A stretch of DNA of 64,000 nt from Proteobacteria bacterium UBA6156 (GCA_002422365.1 DIUO01000031.1:11263-75262); one strand, 5' to 3'. Numbered from the stretch's first letter, positions 51,740-62,172 are shown. Made by a program: numbers and translations. Notes: generated from the sequence alone by a model not told the origin.

Positions 51740-54250
51740 ATGGCCATGAACCGAAAGGGCAGTGCACGCCCGCAAAGCCGTGGAGGCGCCTCGAAGAGTC
51801 GTTCTCCGCACAAACTGCCCAAGGTGGTGGTGGTTTTGGCGTGGCTGGTGGCTTTGGGGTCTCTGGCCTTTGGGGCCTTGGTAGGTGGCGTGCTGGTGTA
51901 TTATGATAGCCAGCTGCCGGATTTTCGGCAACTGAGCGAATATAAGCCCCCGCTGATAACCCGCGTGTATGACCGCAATGGCGAGATTGTGGCGGAATAT
52001 GCCAATGAGCGCCGGATTTGGATGCCCTACCGTGAGATACCGAAGCCGGTGATTGAGAGTTTTCTGGCGGCTGAAGATACGCATTTTTATGAGCACGGCG
52101 GCTATGACCTGAAGGCGATTGTGCGCGCCGCGCTGATGAATGCCATGACCGACCGCACCCAAGGCGCCAGCACCATTACGCAACAGGTGGCCAAAACCTA
52201 TTTGCTGAGCAGCGAGCGCACTTACACCCGCAAGATTAAGGAGCTGATTTTAAGCTGGCGGATTGAAAAGGCTTATATGAAGAATGAGATATTGGAGTTG
52301 TATCTTAACCGGATTTACCTGGGCAACGGCAGCTATGGTGTGGCGGCGGCGGCGCAGACTTATTTTAGCAAAACCCTGGATGAGCTGACCCTGCCCGAGC
52401 GTGCCATGATTGCCGGCATGCCCCAAGCCCCCAGCCGCTATAACCCCGTGCGCAACCCCAGCGCCGCCAAGGCCCGCCGCGATATAGTGCTGCGCCGCCT
52501 GGAAACGGAAGGATTTATTACCAAAGCCGAAGCCGATGCAGCCATTGCCATGCCCCTGGGCCTGAACATAAGCCCGCTGAAGCAAGGTGAAGATGCGCCG
52601 CACTTTGCGGAGTATATTCGGCAACTGGTGCTGAAGGAGTATGGCGAGAAGGCTTTGTATCAGGACGGGTTGAGTGTTTATACCACGCTGGACCTGCCGA
52701 CCCAGCGGCGTGCTGAAGAGGCCGTATATAATGGATTGCGCGCCTATGACCGCAGGCATGGTTGGCGCGGGCCGCTGCAACACCTGAAAACGCTTGAGGG
52801 GTGGCAGAAGGAGGTTGATGCTCTGGCCGAGACCTATGCCCACAGTTGGCGGATTGGTGAGCCTGCCGTGGTGCTGAAAGTGAGTGCCGACAGTGCCCGT
52901 GTGGGCCTGAGTGATGGCCGCGAAGGCACCGTGGCGCGTACCACGGCCAAGTGGACGGGCAAGGGGGCGTTGAACGGATTTTTGAAAACCGGGGACGTGG
53001 TGTTTGTGAAAGCCGTGAAAGACGGTGGCAAGGATTACAGCCTGGAACAACTGCCTGCCGTGCAAGGGGCGCTGGTGGCGCTGGACGTGCGCACCGGCGA
53101 AGTGCTGGCGATGGTAGGTGGCTTGGGTGAAGGTGTTGGCTTTAACCGGGCGGTGATGGCGCGGCGCCAAGTGGGCAGTGCGTTTAAGCCGGTGGTGTAT
53201 GCCGAGGCGCTGGAGAAGGGGTATACGCCCGCCAGCACGGTGCTGGATGCGCCGCTGGTGTTCAGCACCAATGGCAAAGAGTGGAAGCCGCATAACTATG
53301 ACCATAAGTTTACCGGCATGACCACCCTGCGCCAGGGACTGGAGCAAAGCCGCAACCTGATGACCGTGCGCCTGGCCCAAGACCTGGGCATGCGCAGTGT
53401 GGCCGACCTGGGCCGCCGCATGGGGCTGAAGGGTGTGCCGATAACGGATCTTTCGGCCGTGTTGGGCAGCATTGACCATACGTTGATGGAAATGACGAGT
53501 GCTTACAGTGTCTTCCCCCGTGGTGGCGATTATATTGAGCCGACATATTTGCGGCGGGTGCAGGATTCTCAGGGGGTGACGCTGTTTAGGGCCCACCCGG
53601 CGTGCGAGAACTGCCTGGCGCAGCTGGGTGCAAGCCCGGAGAAGCCCCCAGTGCTGCCGAAAACCGAAGGCACCCAGGCGCTTGACCCGCAAACCGCTTA
53701 CCTGATGACCAACATGCTGCAAGGTGTGGTGCTGCGAGGCACCGGCTATAGCCTGACCAGCCTGGGCAGGCCGCTGGGTGGCAAAACCGGAACGACCAAC
53801 AATTATGTGGATGCCTGGTTTGTAGGGTTTAGCCCCAGCCTGGCTGTGGGCGTGTGGGTAGGCTATGACACGCCGAAGGGCTTGGGCCATGGTGAAACCG
53901 GAAGCCGTGCGGCCTTGCCGATTTGGAAGGATTTTGCGGAGGCGCAATTTAAGGGTGCGCCGATTGAAGGCTTTAGTGTGCCGCCGGGGATAGAGTTTGT
54001 GAGGGTAGATGCGCGTAGCGGCCTGCTGCCGGGCATGGCCACCGAAAAGGTGATAACCGAAGCCTTTAAGGAAGGCACCGCCCCGACCGAAGTGACGCCG
54101 AACTACGTGGAAGGCACAGGGTATGACATGTATATGAACGACAGCGGCAGTTACGACACGGAACAGCCGGGTGAGGCCCGCCCCGAAGGCCAGAGGCCCG
54201 CGCCGGTGAACCCGATTGAGAACCTGCTGCGGACGTTTGGGATATTCTAG
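51740..54250 (+). CDS. mrcA: penicillin-binding protein 1A (bifunctional transglycosylase/transpeptidase)
   Basis: 836 aa. EDTHFYEHGG, RKIKE, GSAFKP (SxxK), KTGTTN. Confidence 0.95.
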   Translation: MAMNRKGSARPQSRGGASKSRSPHKLPKVVVVLAWLVALGSLAFGALVGGVLVYYDSQLPDFRQLSEYKPPLITRVYDRNGEIVAEYANERRIWMPYREIPKPVIESFLAAEDTHFYEHGGYDLKAIVRAALMNAMTDRTQGASTITQQVAKTYLLSSERTYTRKIKELILSWRIEKAYMKNEILELYLNRIYLGNGSYGVAAAAQTYFSKTLDELTLPERAMIAGMPQAPSRYNPVRNPSAAKARRDIVLRRLETEGFITKAEADAAIAMPLGLNISPLKQGEDAPHFAEYIRQLVLKEYGEKALYQDGLSVYTTLDLPTQRRAEEAVYNGLRAYDRRHGWRGPLQHLKTLEGWQKEVDALAETYAHSWRIGEPAVVLKVSADSARVGLSDGREGTVARTTAKWTGKGALNGFLKTGDVVFVKAVKDGGKDYSLEQLPAVQGALVALDVRTGEVLAMVGGLGEGVGFNRAVMARRQVGSAFKPVVYAEALEKGYTPASTVLDAPLVFSTNGKEWKPHNYDHKFTGMTTLRQGLEQSRNLMTVRLAQDLGMRSVADLGRRMGLKGVPITDLSAVLGSIDHTLMEMTSAYSVFPRGGDYIEPTYLRRVQDSQGVTLFRAHPACENCLAQLGASPEKPPVLPKTEGTQALDPQTAYLMTNMLQGVVLRGTGYSLTSLGRPLGGKTGTTNNYVDAWFVGFSPSLAVGVWVGYDTPKGLGHGETGSRAALPIWKDFAEAQFKGAPIEGFSVPPGIEFVRVDARSGLLPGMATEKVITEAFKEGTAPTEVTPNYVEGTGYDMYMNDSGSYDTEQPGEARPEGQRPAPVNPIENLLRTFGIF

Positions 54251-54266
54251 GGGAAGGGGGCAAGAC

Positions 54267-54653
54267 ATGAGATTGCCCCCCAACCACCCCGCGCTGGAGT
54301 GGAGTTTTGTGACCGCCGGCGGCCCCGGCGGCCAGCATGTGAACAAGGTGGCCACCGCCGTGCAGCTGCGCGTGCATGTGGCCAAGCTGGGGCTGCCGGA
54401 GTGGGCGGAGGCGAAGCTGCTGGCCAAGGCGGGGAAGGAGGGGGTGCTGGTGATTTTGGCACGGCGGTTTAAATCTCAGATACTTAATCGGAATGATGCG
54501 TTAGCGCGTTTGGAAGTGATGATTGCGAAGGCGTTGCATGTGCCGAAGGTGCGGCGGGCGACCAAGCCGACGCGGGCGAGTGGGGAGCGGCGGTTGGTGG
54601 CGAAGACGGTGCGGGCGGGGGTGAAGAAGTTGCGGGGACGGGTGGTGGAGTAG
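54267..54653 (+). CDS. arfB: alternative ribosome-rescue factor ArfB (peptidyl-tRNA hydrolase)
   Basis: ATG 54267 within ORF 54216..54653. GGPGGQHVNKVATAV GGQ motif. Basic C-terminal tail. 128 aa. Confidence 0.85.
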   Translation: MRLPPNHPALEWSFVTAGGPGGQHVNKVATAVQLRVHVAKLGLPEWAEAKLLAKAGKEGVLVILARRFKSQILNRNDALARLEVMIAKALHVPKVRRATKPTRASGERRLVAKTVRAGVKKLRGRVVE

Positions 54654-54684
54654 TGTTTTGGTGTTTAGTCTTTAGTTTTTTTTA
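54653..54684 (+). repeat. heptamer tandem array GTGTTTTG-GTGTTTA-GTCTTTA-GTTTTTTTTA
   Basis: The first G is the last base of the arfB stop (TAG 54651-54653). Directly followed by the long mosaic element 54697-54867. Confidence 0.85.
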
Positions 54685-54696
54685 GGATTGGGGCTG

Positions 54697-54867
54697 ATTT
54701 CCGGGAAGTGCTGGTGAGGGGTAGGGGGCGACGGTGCTTACCTGTCTGCTTTGGTATTCTCAAGTGACGGTTGTTAGAGGGTGCTTGTATTTTCCAGATC
54801 CCGGGTCTGGGCGGGGGCCCCAAATTTGTTCCAAATTTGACCCCGCCGCAGCCCGGGAAACGGTGCC
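54697..54867 (+). repeat. long mosaic repeat element, copy III
   Basis: Starts ATTTCCGGGAAGTGCTGGTGAGGGGTAGGGGGCGACGGTGC. Hairpin ~54799-54858 (GGCGGGGGCCCCAAATTTGTTCCAAATTTGACCCCGCC). Ends CCCGGGAAACGGTGCC. Confidence 0.85.
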
Positions 54868-54897
54868 GAGGAGAGAATGGTGATGTGTTAAACAGCT

Positions 54898-56181
54898 TTA
54901 GGTGGTAAGCAGGGTTTGGAGATAGGGGATGATGTTTGCGGCTTCGACCTGGGCTTGCTGGCGGGTGGCGAAGGTGCGGATGGTGGCGGAGTCGGGAGTA
55001 TCGGCCACGATGCCGTAGAGAATGCCGCGTTTGTCGGCGGCCATGAAGTGTTGACCGGGGGATTTATCTCCCAACGCGAGTTCGCAAGCGATACCCGCCT
55101 TGCGGATTTGCTGGCAGAGGGCCGGGGCGGCGGCGCCGGTGACGATGAGCTGGGCGGGGGTGGCGGGCATGGCGTTGTAGGGCGGTTGGTCCATGAGCCA
55201 GGCGGCCAGGCGCGAAATGCCGATGCTGAGGCCGACGCCGGGAAGGTTGCGCTCGGAGAGAGAGGCGGCGAGGTTGTCGTAGCGGCCGCCGGAGCAGATG
55301 GAGCCGAGCTCTGGGGCGGTGTGGAGTTTGGTTTCTAATACCGTGCCGGTGTAGTAATCCAGCCCACGGGCGATGGCGAGGTCGGCCACAATGTTGCTGG
55401 TGCCGCCGGTGAGGCTGTCGAGGGTGGTGAGGACTTCTTTCAGCTCGTTCAGGCCGGTTTGGGCGAGGGGGGTGAGGCCGGTGAGTTCGTTCAGGTTGGT
55501 GGTGCGGGTTTGGTTTATCAGTTGTTGCACCTTGGCTTGCGGATTGATGGCGGTGAGGCGCGCGAGGGCGTCTTCGTCGCGGATTTTTTCGAGGTCGTCT
55601 ATGACTTTAATGGCGGCGTAGGTTTGTGCGCCTTCGGTGAAGCCCGCGCCTTGCACGAGGCCGGTGAGCAGCTTGCGGTTGTTGACGCGCATGGTGAAGG
55701 GGGTGCCTTCCGGCAGGATGGCGACCAAAGCGTCGTGGGCGGCGGCGATGACTTCGGCGTCGGCTTCCAGCGGCAGGGAGGCGTCGCCGACGACATCGAG
55801 GTCGAACTGGTGGAATTGGCGGTAGCGGCCGAGTTGGGGGCGTTCTCCGCGCCAGACAGGTTGGCATTGATAGCGGCGGTAGGGAAAGCTGAGGCTGCCG
55901 TAATTTTGCGCGACGTAGCGGGCCATGGGGACGGTGAGGTCGAAGCGGAGGGCGATGTCTTTGTCGCCGTCGCCGTCTTCTGCTGCCAGGCGGCGGAGGC
56001 CGTAGACTTCTTTGCTGTCTATGCCTTTGGAAACGAGAGTTTCGATGCGTTCGACGGCGGCGGTCTCGAGCGGGACATAGCCGTAGGTTTGGTAAATGGC
56101 TTCTATGCTGCGGATGATGTGGTTGAAGGCCAGTTGCTCGGAGGGGAGGTACTCGGGGAAGCCGGAAATGTTGGTTTTCAT
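54898..56181 (-). CDS. hisS: histidine--tRNA ligase
   Basis: 427 aa. FPEYLP, class II motifs (YRRYQCQPVWRGERPQLGRYRQFHQFDLD, GGRYDNL), C-terminal anticodon-binding-like domain. Confidence 0.88.
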   Translation of the reverse strand: MKTNISGFPEYLPSEQLAFNHIIRSIEAIYQTYGYVPLETAAVERIETLVSKGIDSKEVYGLRRLAAEDGDGDKDIALRFDLTVPMARYVAQNYGSLSFPYRRYQCQPVWRGERPQLGRYRQFHQFDLDVVGDASLPLEADAEVIAAAHDALVAILPEGTPFTMRVNNRKLLTGLVQGAGFTEGAQTYAAIKVIDDLEKIRDEDALARLTAINPQAKVQQLINQTRTTNLNELTGLTPLAQTGLNELKEVLTTLDSLTGGTSNIVADLAIARGLDYYTGTVLETKLHTAPELGSICSGGRYDNLAASLSERNLPGVGLSIGISRLAAWLMDQPPYNAMPATPAQLIVTGAAAPALCQQIRKAGIACELALGDKSPGQHFMAADKRGILYGIVADTPDSATIRTFATRQQAQVEAANIIPYLQTLLTT

Positions 56182-56277
56182 GGGGGCGGGGGCCTTCGGG
56201 TGTTTAAATTACGGGCATAGTTATAGGAAGAGTGTTTAGCATAGGTTAGGTTGGCAGTGAAGGGGAGACGAAACGCC

Positions 56278-57699
56278 ATGACCACGACCACCACCGAGAA
56301 ACAGCCGCAGATTTTTGTCTATGATGACATTCACCCGGAAGATGGGGCGATGTTGCAGGCGTTGTATAGCCGCAGCCCCGACAGCGTGGTGAACCACCTG
56401 GAGAAGGTGAAGGCCGCCGGCAGCGGCAAGTTTATGAGCCAGTATTATGTGGGCTATGGCCACGCCAGCATTGGTGATTGCGGTGTGACGACGATTTTTA
56501 TTGAGAATTATTCGATGCTGGCGGCCAAGGCGATACAGGATAATGCGTTGTATTCCGGGCAAGAGGCCAGCACGCGGTATTTGGATTTTGCCGCCCAGCC
56601 GCTGCATGACCCCTATGGCCACCACGCCAGCCGTGCGGTGCTGGATGGTTGGATGGCGCTGTATAACGGGGCTATGCCGAAGGTGAAAGAGGCGTTGAGC
56701 AAGCGCCACCCCTTTGATAGTAGCCAGTATAAAAGCGAGAAAATTTGGCAAAATGCGATTGCGGCGCGGGCGTTTGATGTTCTGCGAGGGTTTTTGCCGG
56801 TGGGCTGCACGACGTTGTTCAGCTGGACCACCAACCTGAGGCAGGCGCGTGACCGGTTGATGGCGTTGAAGAATCATCCTCTGTCCGAGATACGGGAGCT
56901 GGCGCAGGATTTGTTTAAGGTGCTTTATGCGAAGTATCCGAACAGTTTTACGGGCGAGGAAATGGGCGAGAATGAGCGGTATGCGGCGCGCCAGGCTTAT
57001 TATGCGGCCCAAGCCGAGCGGGACAATTTTGTGAGTGTGCAGAACCTGCTGGATGAAGACCGGATTACGGAAGACGACCTGGAAGAGCTGGAAAACGGCG
57101 GCATGGTGATTAACAAAACCGAGCTGGACGTGGCCGGGCTGCATGACTTTGAGCAGAGTGCGCTGAATATGCGGCCGGAGGGGGCGGGCTTGAACCGGCG
57201 GCTGGGGGCTTATGGGGTTTATCAGTTAACCTTTTTGTTGGATTTTGGAAGCTACCGTGACCTGCAACGCCACCGCAACGGCGTGTGCCAGGTGCCGCTG
57301 ATAGATGGCGGATTTGGGATATACCCCTGGTATATGAACGAGCTGAAAGGGTTGCTGGAGGCCGAGGATTATGCGGCATTTGAGACCGAGGCCACCCGCC
57401 TGCTGCAAGCGATTGAGGATTTGCCCGCCGATGTGCAGGCGACCCCGCTGCAAAACCAATATTTGTACCCCATGGGCACGGCGGTGATGTGCCAGCTGGC
57501 TTACACATTGCCGCAGATGGTGTATGTGGCTGAATTGCGCGCCCAGAAAACCGTGCACCCGAGTTTGCGGCCGATTGCGCAGGCGATGGGGCGGGTGCTG
57601 GGGGGGGACTTCCCCGACATGAAGCTTTATATTGACCATGAAGCGGATGGCTGGAGCGCGAAACGTGGCGAGCAGACGATTGAAGCCAAGGTAGCTTGA
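56278..57699 (+). CDS. ThyX-like (Thy1 fold) protein, atypically long
   Basis: ATG 56278 after AAGGGGAG. 473 aa. GYGHASIGDCG...IFIENYS...SGQEASTRY and later SYRDLQRHRNG resemble ThyX blocks. However the RHRxxS motif reads RHRNGV, and the length is about twice that of a typical ThyX. Confidence 0.45.
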   Translation: MTTTTTEKQPQIFVYDDIHPEDGAMLQALYSRSPDSVVNHLEKVKAAGSGKFMSQYYVGYGHASIGDCGVTTIFIENYSMLAAKAIQDNALYSGQEASTRYLDFAAQPLHDPYGHHASRAVLDGWMALYNGAMPKVKEALSKRHPFDSSQYKSEKIWQNAIAARAFDVLRGFLPVGCTTLFSWTTNLRQARDRLMALKNHPLSEIRELAQDLFKVLYAKYPNSFTGEEMGENERYAARQAYYAAQAERDNFVSVQNLLDEDRITEDDLEELENGGMVINKTELDVAGLHDFEQSALNMRPEGAGLNRRLGAYGVYQLTFLLDFGSYRDLQRHRNGVCQVPLIDGGFGIYPWYMNELKGLLEAEDYAAFETEATRLLQAIEDLPADVQATPLQNQYLYPMGTAVMCQLAYTLPQMVYVAELRAQKTVHPSLRPIAQAMGRVLGGDFPDMKLYIDHEADGWSAKRGEQTIEAKVA

Positions 57700-58301
57700 T
57701 GCGCACGCGACTAGCGGTGTTGGGATTGTTGGTTGCCCCGGCCTGGGCCGATGATGTGGCGACGCTTGAGCCGGTGATTGCGGCCCAGAAGGATAAAGTG
57801 GGCGCCATATTGCTGCAACAACAGCGCGGGCTGGAGGACGGGTGCGGCGCCTTGGCCGTGCTGATGCCGAGTGCGGTGAGTGTGTTTGTGCCGCCGAGCA
57901 AGCAGGGCGAAGCTTTAGCCCAAGGCCACTGGCAGGTGCGCTATGCGGTGGATGCTTGTGGCGAAGCTAAATTGCGCAATGTGGACATGAAAGTTGTTAA
58001 CGGTCAGGTTGCCTTGGAGCCGCTGGCGCCGGGTGACAGCTTGGCGGATGCGGCGTTGCAGGCTGATGTGCGGCGGAGTTTTAGCATGGCCGGGCAAGTG
58101 GCGATGCCGCAGTGTGCGGAGGCTGCGGTAATACGTGAAGCGACCGTGCGAGCCTACCCGAAAACGCCAACCGACCGTTGGCAGGAGCTGTGGATTGGGC
58201 GGATGTGCGGCCGCGATGTGGGGCAGGTGGTGGAGTTTTTGCCGACGAAGGGTGGCACGACGTTCAAGATGAGTTTGCCGACGGCGACGGCAGCGGAATA
58301 A
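57699..58301 (+). CDS. secreted hypothetical protein
   Basis: Start overlaps the upstream stop (TGATG). MRTRLAVLGLLVAPAWA signal peptide. 4 Cys. No family recognised. Confidence 0.5.
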   Translation: MRTRLAVLGLLVAPAWADDVATLEPVIAAQKDKVGAILLQQQRGLEDGCGALAVLMPSAVSVFVPPSKQGEALAQGHWQVRYAVDACGEAKLRNVDMKVVNGQVALEPLAPGDSLADAALQADVRRSFSMAGQVAMPQCAEAAVIREATVRAYPKTPTDRWQELWIGRMCGRDVGQVVEFLPTKGGTTFKMSLPTATAAE

Positions 58302-58313
58302 AGGGAAATTACG

Positions 58314-59132
58314 ATGGCGAATATGATACCGGGAGTGGCACGGGTGATTGCCGTGGCCAGTGGCAAGGGCGGTGTGGGTAAAAGCACTACGGCGATGAAT
58401 TTGGCGGTGGCGTTGGGTTTGAAGGGGCTGAATGTGGGCCTGCTGGATGCGGATATTTATGGCCCCAGCCAGCCGCGGATGATGGGTGTGAAAGACGCCA
58501 AGCCCGATAGTGACGGGCAGTGGATTGAGCCGGTGGTGGCGCATGGCATTAAGTTGATGAGTATGGGGTTTATGGTGGATGAAGCCACACCCACCGTGTG
58601 GCGCGGGCCGATGGTGCAAAGTGCGCTGCTGCAAATGCTGCGGCAGGTGCGCTGGGGCACAGAGAAAAAGCCCCTGGATGTGCTGGTGCTGGATATGCCG
58701 CCGGGCACGGGGGACACGCAGTTGACGCTGACGCAGCAGGTGGCGTTGGCTGGGGCGGTGATTGTATCGACACCGCAAGATATTGCTTTAATAGATGCCC
58801 GCAAGGGGCTGGAGATGTTTAAGAAGGTGAATGTACCTGTGTTGGGGGTGGTGGAGAATATGAGTGTGTTCTGTTGCCCGAAATGTGGAGAGGAGAGCCG
58901 GATATTTGGTGCCCATGGGGCCCGGGATATGGCTGTAACGCTGGGTTATGACCTGTTGGCCGAAGTGCCGCTGGACATGCAGGTGCGTGAGATGACGGAT
59001 AATGGAAACCCGTTGGTGATTGCGGCCCCGGACAGCAAGGCTGCGGCGGTTTATAGAGGGCTTGCAGACCAGGTGTGGCGCAAAGTTGAAACACCACAGC
59101 CCTCGGCGGGGGTAAAAATTGTTATTGAGTAA
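58314..59132 (+). CDS. apbC: Mrp/ApbC (NBP35) Fe-S cluster carrier ATPase
   Basis: VIAVASGKGGVGKSTTAMNLA deviant Walker A. CPKCG CxxC motif. Confidence 0.9.
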   Translation: MANMIPGVARVIAVASGKGGVGKSTTAMNLAVALGLKGLNVGLLDADIYGPSQPRMMGVKDAKPDSDGQWIEPVVAHGIKLMSMGFMVDEATPTVWRGPMVQSALLQMLRQVRWGTEKKPLDVLVLDMPPGTGDTQLTLTQQVALAGAVIVSTPQDIALIDARKGLEMFKKVNVPVLGVVENMSVFCCPKCGEESRIFGAHGARDMAVTLGYDLLAEVPLDMQVREMTDNGNPLVIAAPDSKAAAVYRGLADQVWRKVETPQPSAGVKIVIE

Positions 59133-59202
59133 GAGCTGCCTGCGATTGCGGCAATTATTGATTAATGTGCGTAAATAACTTGACGCTGGGGATGGCTTGG
59201 GT

Positions 59203-60402
59203 ATGCTTGGGTTTATGAAAACGGATACGACGATTTGGAACCGCTTGTTCTCTTGGGACAATGGCGATGGCCCATGGGGTAAACCGAAAACCAATGGGGG
59301 ACGCACTGCGCCCAAGCGTGAGGCGGCACCGGGGCGCAGCAATGCAGGTTCTCAGCCCGACCTGGAAGATGTGGTGAACCAAATGGCCGAGCGGTTACGC
59401 GGATTTTGGCGCCAGAATGGGGGGAGTAATGGTGGTGGCGGCGGATTTTCTGGCACCGGGCCCTTTGGTGTGGGCTTTGAATGGTGGGTGCTGGTTGTTG
59501 TGGCTGTGTGGGCGTTGAGTGGCATTTATATTGTGGCGCCTGAGCAGCAGGGTGTGGTGACGCGGTTTGGGGCTTATGTGCGGACTGCGGATAGTGGACT
59601 AAATTACCATGCGCCTTGGCCAATTGAAAAGGTGGTGAAAATGCCTGTGACACGGGTTAACCAGCTGGAAATTGGTTTTAGAAGCAGTGAAGCTGGCGGG
59701 CGCCAGATGGATGTGCCCGAGGAAAGCATGATGTTGACCGGCGACCAGAATATTCTGGACTTGGATTTTGCCGTGAACTGGAAAATTGCTGACCCGGCGG
59801 CGTTTTTGTTCAATGTGGCTGACCCGCAAGGGACGTTGCGCGATGTGGCCGAAAGCGTGATGCGCGAAACGGTGGGGCGCCACCCGATTGATGATGCGCT
59901 GACGAGCAATAAGGCGGCGATTCAGCAGGAAGCCAAAGAACGCATGCAGCGTGTGCTGGATGGCTATGGCGTGGGGATTAGCATTGTGAATGTGGCGCTG
60001 CAAAAGGTGAACCCCCCGGGGGAAGTTATTGATGCGTTTAGGGACGTGCAGGCTGCCAATGCCGATAAGCAGCGCCTGATAAACGAAGCACTTGGTTACC
60101 GTAACCAAATTGTGCCGCGTGCGCGCGGGGAAGCCGCGCAAATGCTGGAGCAAGCTGCCGGATATAAGGCGGCCAAAGTTGCGGAAGCGACCGGTGCGGC
60201 GCAGCGCTTTAATGCGCAGGTGGGTGCCTACCAACAGGCGCCCGGCGTGACACGCGACCGGATGTATTTGGAAACCATGCAGGATGTGATGAAAAACGTG
60301 CCGAAGGTTATCACGACCAGCAAAAGCGCCAATGGAGTGTTGCCATTTTTACCGCTTGACCGGGTGATGAAACAAGCGCCAGCGCAAGGGGAGACAAGAT
60401 AA
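59203..60402 (+). CDS. hflK: FtsH protease modulator HflK
   Basis: ORF from TTG 59197, with ATG 59203 or 59215 possible. N-terminal GPWG, one TM, SPFH domain, C-terminal HflK tail. Confidence 0.9.
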   Translation: MLGFMKTDTTIWNRLFSWDNGDGPWGKPKTNGGRTAPKREAAPGRSNAGSQPDLEDVVNQMAERLRGFWRQNGGSNGGGGGFSGTGPFGVGFEWWVLVVVAVWALSGIYIVAPEQQGVVTRFGAYVRTADSGLNYHAPWPIEKVVKMPVTRVNQLEIGFRSSEAGGRQMDVPEESMMLTGDQNILDLDFAVNWKIADPAAFLFNVADPQGTLRDVAESVMRETVGRHPIDDALTSNKAAIQQEAKERMQRVLDGYGVGISIVNVALQKVNPPGEVIDAFRDVQAANADKQRLINEALGYRNQIVPRARGEAAQMLEQAAGYKAAKVAEATGAAQRFNAQVGAYQQAPGVTRDRMYLETMQDVMKNVPKVITTSKSANGVLPFLPLDRVMKQAPAQGETR

Positions 60403-61262
60403 TGAACACGCCGAAATTGTGGATGTATGGCTTAGCTGCGCTGGTAACACTGGTGGTGCTGTGGAACGGCATATTTGTTGTGCGCCAGCAGGAACAGGCG
60501 ATGGTTGTGGCGCTGGGGAAAGTAGTGCGTTTGGTGAATGAACCGGGCTTGCATGCGAAGATACCGTTTTATCATCAGCTTGTGTATTTTGATAAGCGTT
60601 TGCTGAACAATGAAAGCCCCACTGAGGAAGTGCAGACCCTGGATAAGGAACGTGTGCTGGTGGATAGCTTTACGCGGTGGCAGATTGTGGATGCCGGGAT
60701 GTTTTACCGCAACGTGCGCACGGTTGGGACGGCGGTGCAGCGGTTGGACACGATTGTGAACTCGAATATCCGGGAAGAGGTGGCCCAGGTGAAATTGGGA
60801 GACTTGGTTGGTGAGCAGCGGGACGCGGTGATGCGGCGGATTTTTGTGCAGTCGGCAACAGAGGCTGCGCCGATGGGCATACGCATTGTGGATGTGCGCC
60901 TGAAGAGGACAGATTTGCCGCAGGCTAACAGTGAGGCGGTGTTCCGCCGCATGCGTGCTGAACGCCAAAAGGAAGCGAATGAGTTGCGGGCACAAGGTGA
61001 GGAAGAAGCGCAGAAAATACGTGCTGAAGCCGATAAGCAGCGGACGGTTATGCTGGCTGAGGCGCAGCGGGATTCTCAGAAACTGTGGGGGGAAGGTGAG
61101 GCTGAGGCTATACGTATAACGGGGGCGGCGTTTGCTAAGGATCCGGGGTATTATAAATTTTCTAAGAGTTTAGAGGTTTATAAGGCCGCTTTTGGGGGCG
61201 ACAATACGATGATGGTGGTTGACCCTTCCAGTGAGTTTTTGGACACCCTTATAAACCCTTAG
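60402..61262 (+). CDS. hflC: FtsH protease modulator HflC
   Basis: ATG overlaps the hflK stop (TAATG). N-terminal TM, SPFH domain, coiled-coil EANELRAQGEEEAQKIRAEA. Confidence 0.9.
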   Translation: MNTPKLWMYGLAALVTLVVLWNGIFVVRQQEQAMVVALGKVVRLVNEPGLHAKIPFYHQLVYFDKRLLNNESPTEEVQTLDKERVLVDSFTRWQIVDAGMFYRNVRTVGTAVQRLDTIVNSNIREEVAQVKLGDLVGEQRDAVMRRIFVQSATEAAPMGIRIVDVRLKRTDLPQANSEAVFRRMRAERQKEANELRAQGEEEAQKIRAEADKQRTVMLAEAQRDSQKLWGEGEAEAIRITGAAFAKDPGYYKFSKSLEVYKAAFGGDNTMMVVDPSSEFLDTLINP

Positions 61263-61263
61263 T

Positions 61264-62172
61264 GTGAAAGTGAGTGCTGTGGCTTTGCCCGAGGTTATCG
61301 TAATTTTCGGGCCGACGGCCAGTGGCAAAACCGGTGCGGCGATTGAAGTGGCGAAATGCTGCGGCTGCGAGGTGATTAATGCCGACAGCCGCCAGATTTA
61401 TGCGCGTATGCCGATTTTAACGGCGGCGCCGACGGCTGCGGAGAAGGGGGATGTGCCGCACCATTTGTTTGAGATTTTAGACCCTGCCGAGCGCATGAGT
61501 GCGGCGCGGTGGGCGGAAATGGCGCTTGCCGAGATGGGGGAGATTGTGGCGCGGGGAAAAACTCCGCTGGTTGTAGGGGGCACGGGGCTTTATTTGCGCA
61601 CCCTGATGGAAGGCTTGAGCGAAGTGCCTCATGTACCGCTTGAGGTGGAGGAGTTTTATCGGGGGCGGCCGGTGGATGAGCTTTATGCGGAGTTGCAAGT
61701 GGTTGACCCGGATTTGGCGGCCAAGTTGCATGCCACCGACACGCAGCGGATTACGCGCGGGCTTGTGGTGCATGCCCACACCGGCACGCCGCTGAGTGAA
61801 TGGCAGGCCAAGCCTGCTAAGGCTCCGCCTTATGCTTTCCGGCGGTTGGCGATTTCTCCGGCACGTGAGGAGCTTTATGCCCGGATTGAAAAGCGTTGGG
61901 AGTTGATGGTGGAACAGGGCCTGGTGGAGGAAGTGCGTGCGCTAAAAGACGCTGGGTACACGCTGGATATGCCGGGCTTGCAGGGGTTGGGGGCGGAGGA
62001 GATTTATGATTTTATCGATGGGACATTGAGCTGGGAAGCGGCCAGCCACAGTGCTGTGCAAGGCACGCGGCATTATGCCAAGCGGCAGGTGACGTGGTTG
62101 CGGAATACTTATGGTGCGGAGGCTGTTTTTGAGACGGCGGGCGCTTTGGTTGAATTTGCAGATAATTTATAG
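61264..62172 (+). CDS. miaA: tRNA dimethylallyltransferase
   Basis: GTG start. P-loop IFGPTASGKTG, DSRQIY, VGGTGLYLR. Confidence 0.9.
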   Translation: MKVSAVALPEVIVIFGPTASGKTGAAIEVAKCCGCEVINADSRQIYARMPILTAAPTAAEKGDVPHHLFEILDPAERMSAARWAEMALAEMGEIVARGKTPLVVGGTGLYLRTLMEGLSEVPHVPLEVEEFYRGRPVDELYAELQVVDPDLAAKLHATDTQRITRGLVVHAHTGTPLSEWQAKPAKAPPYAFRRLAISPAREELYARIEKRWELMVEQGLVEEVRALKDAGYTLDMPGLQGLGAEEIYDFIDGTLSWEAASHSAVQGTRHYAKRQVTWLRNTYGAEAVFETAGALVEFADNL

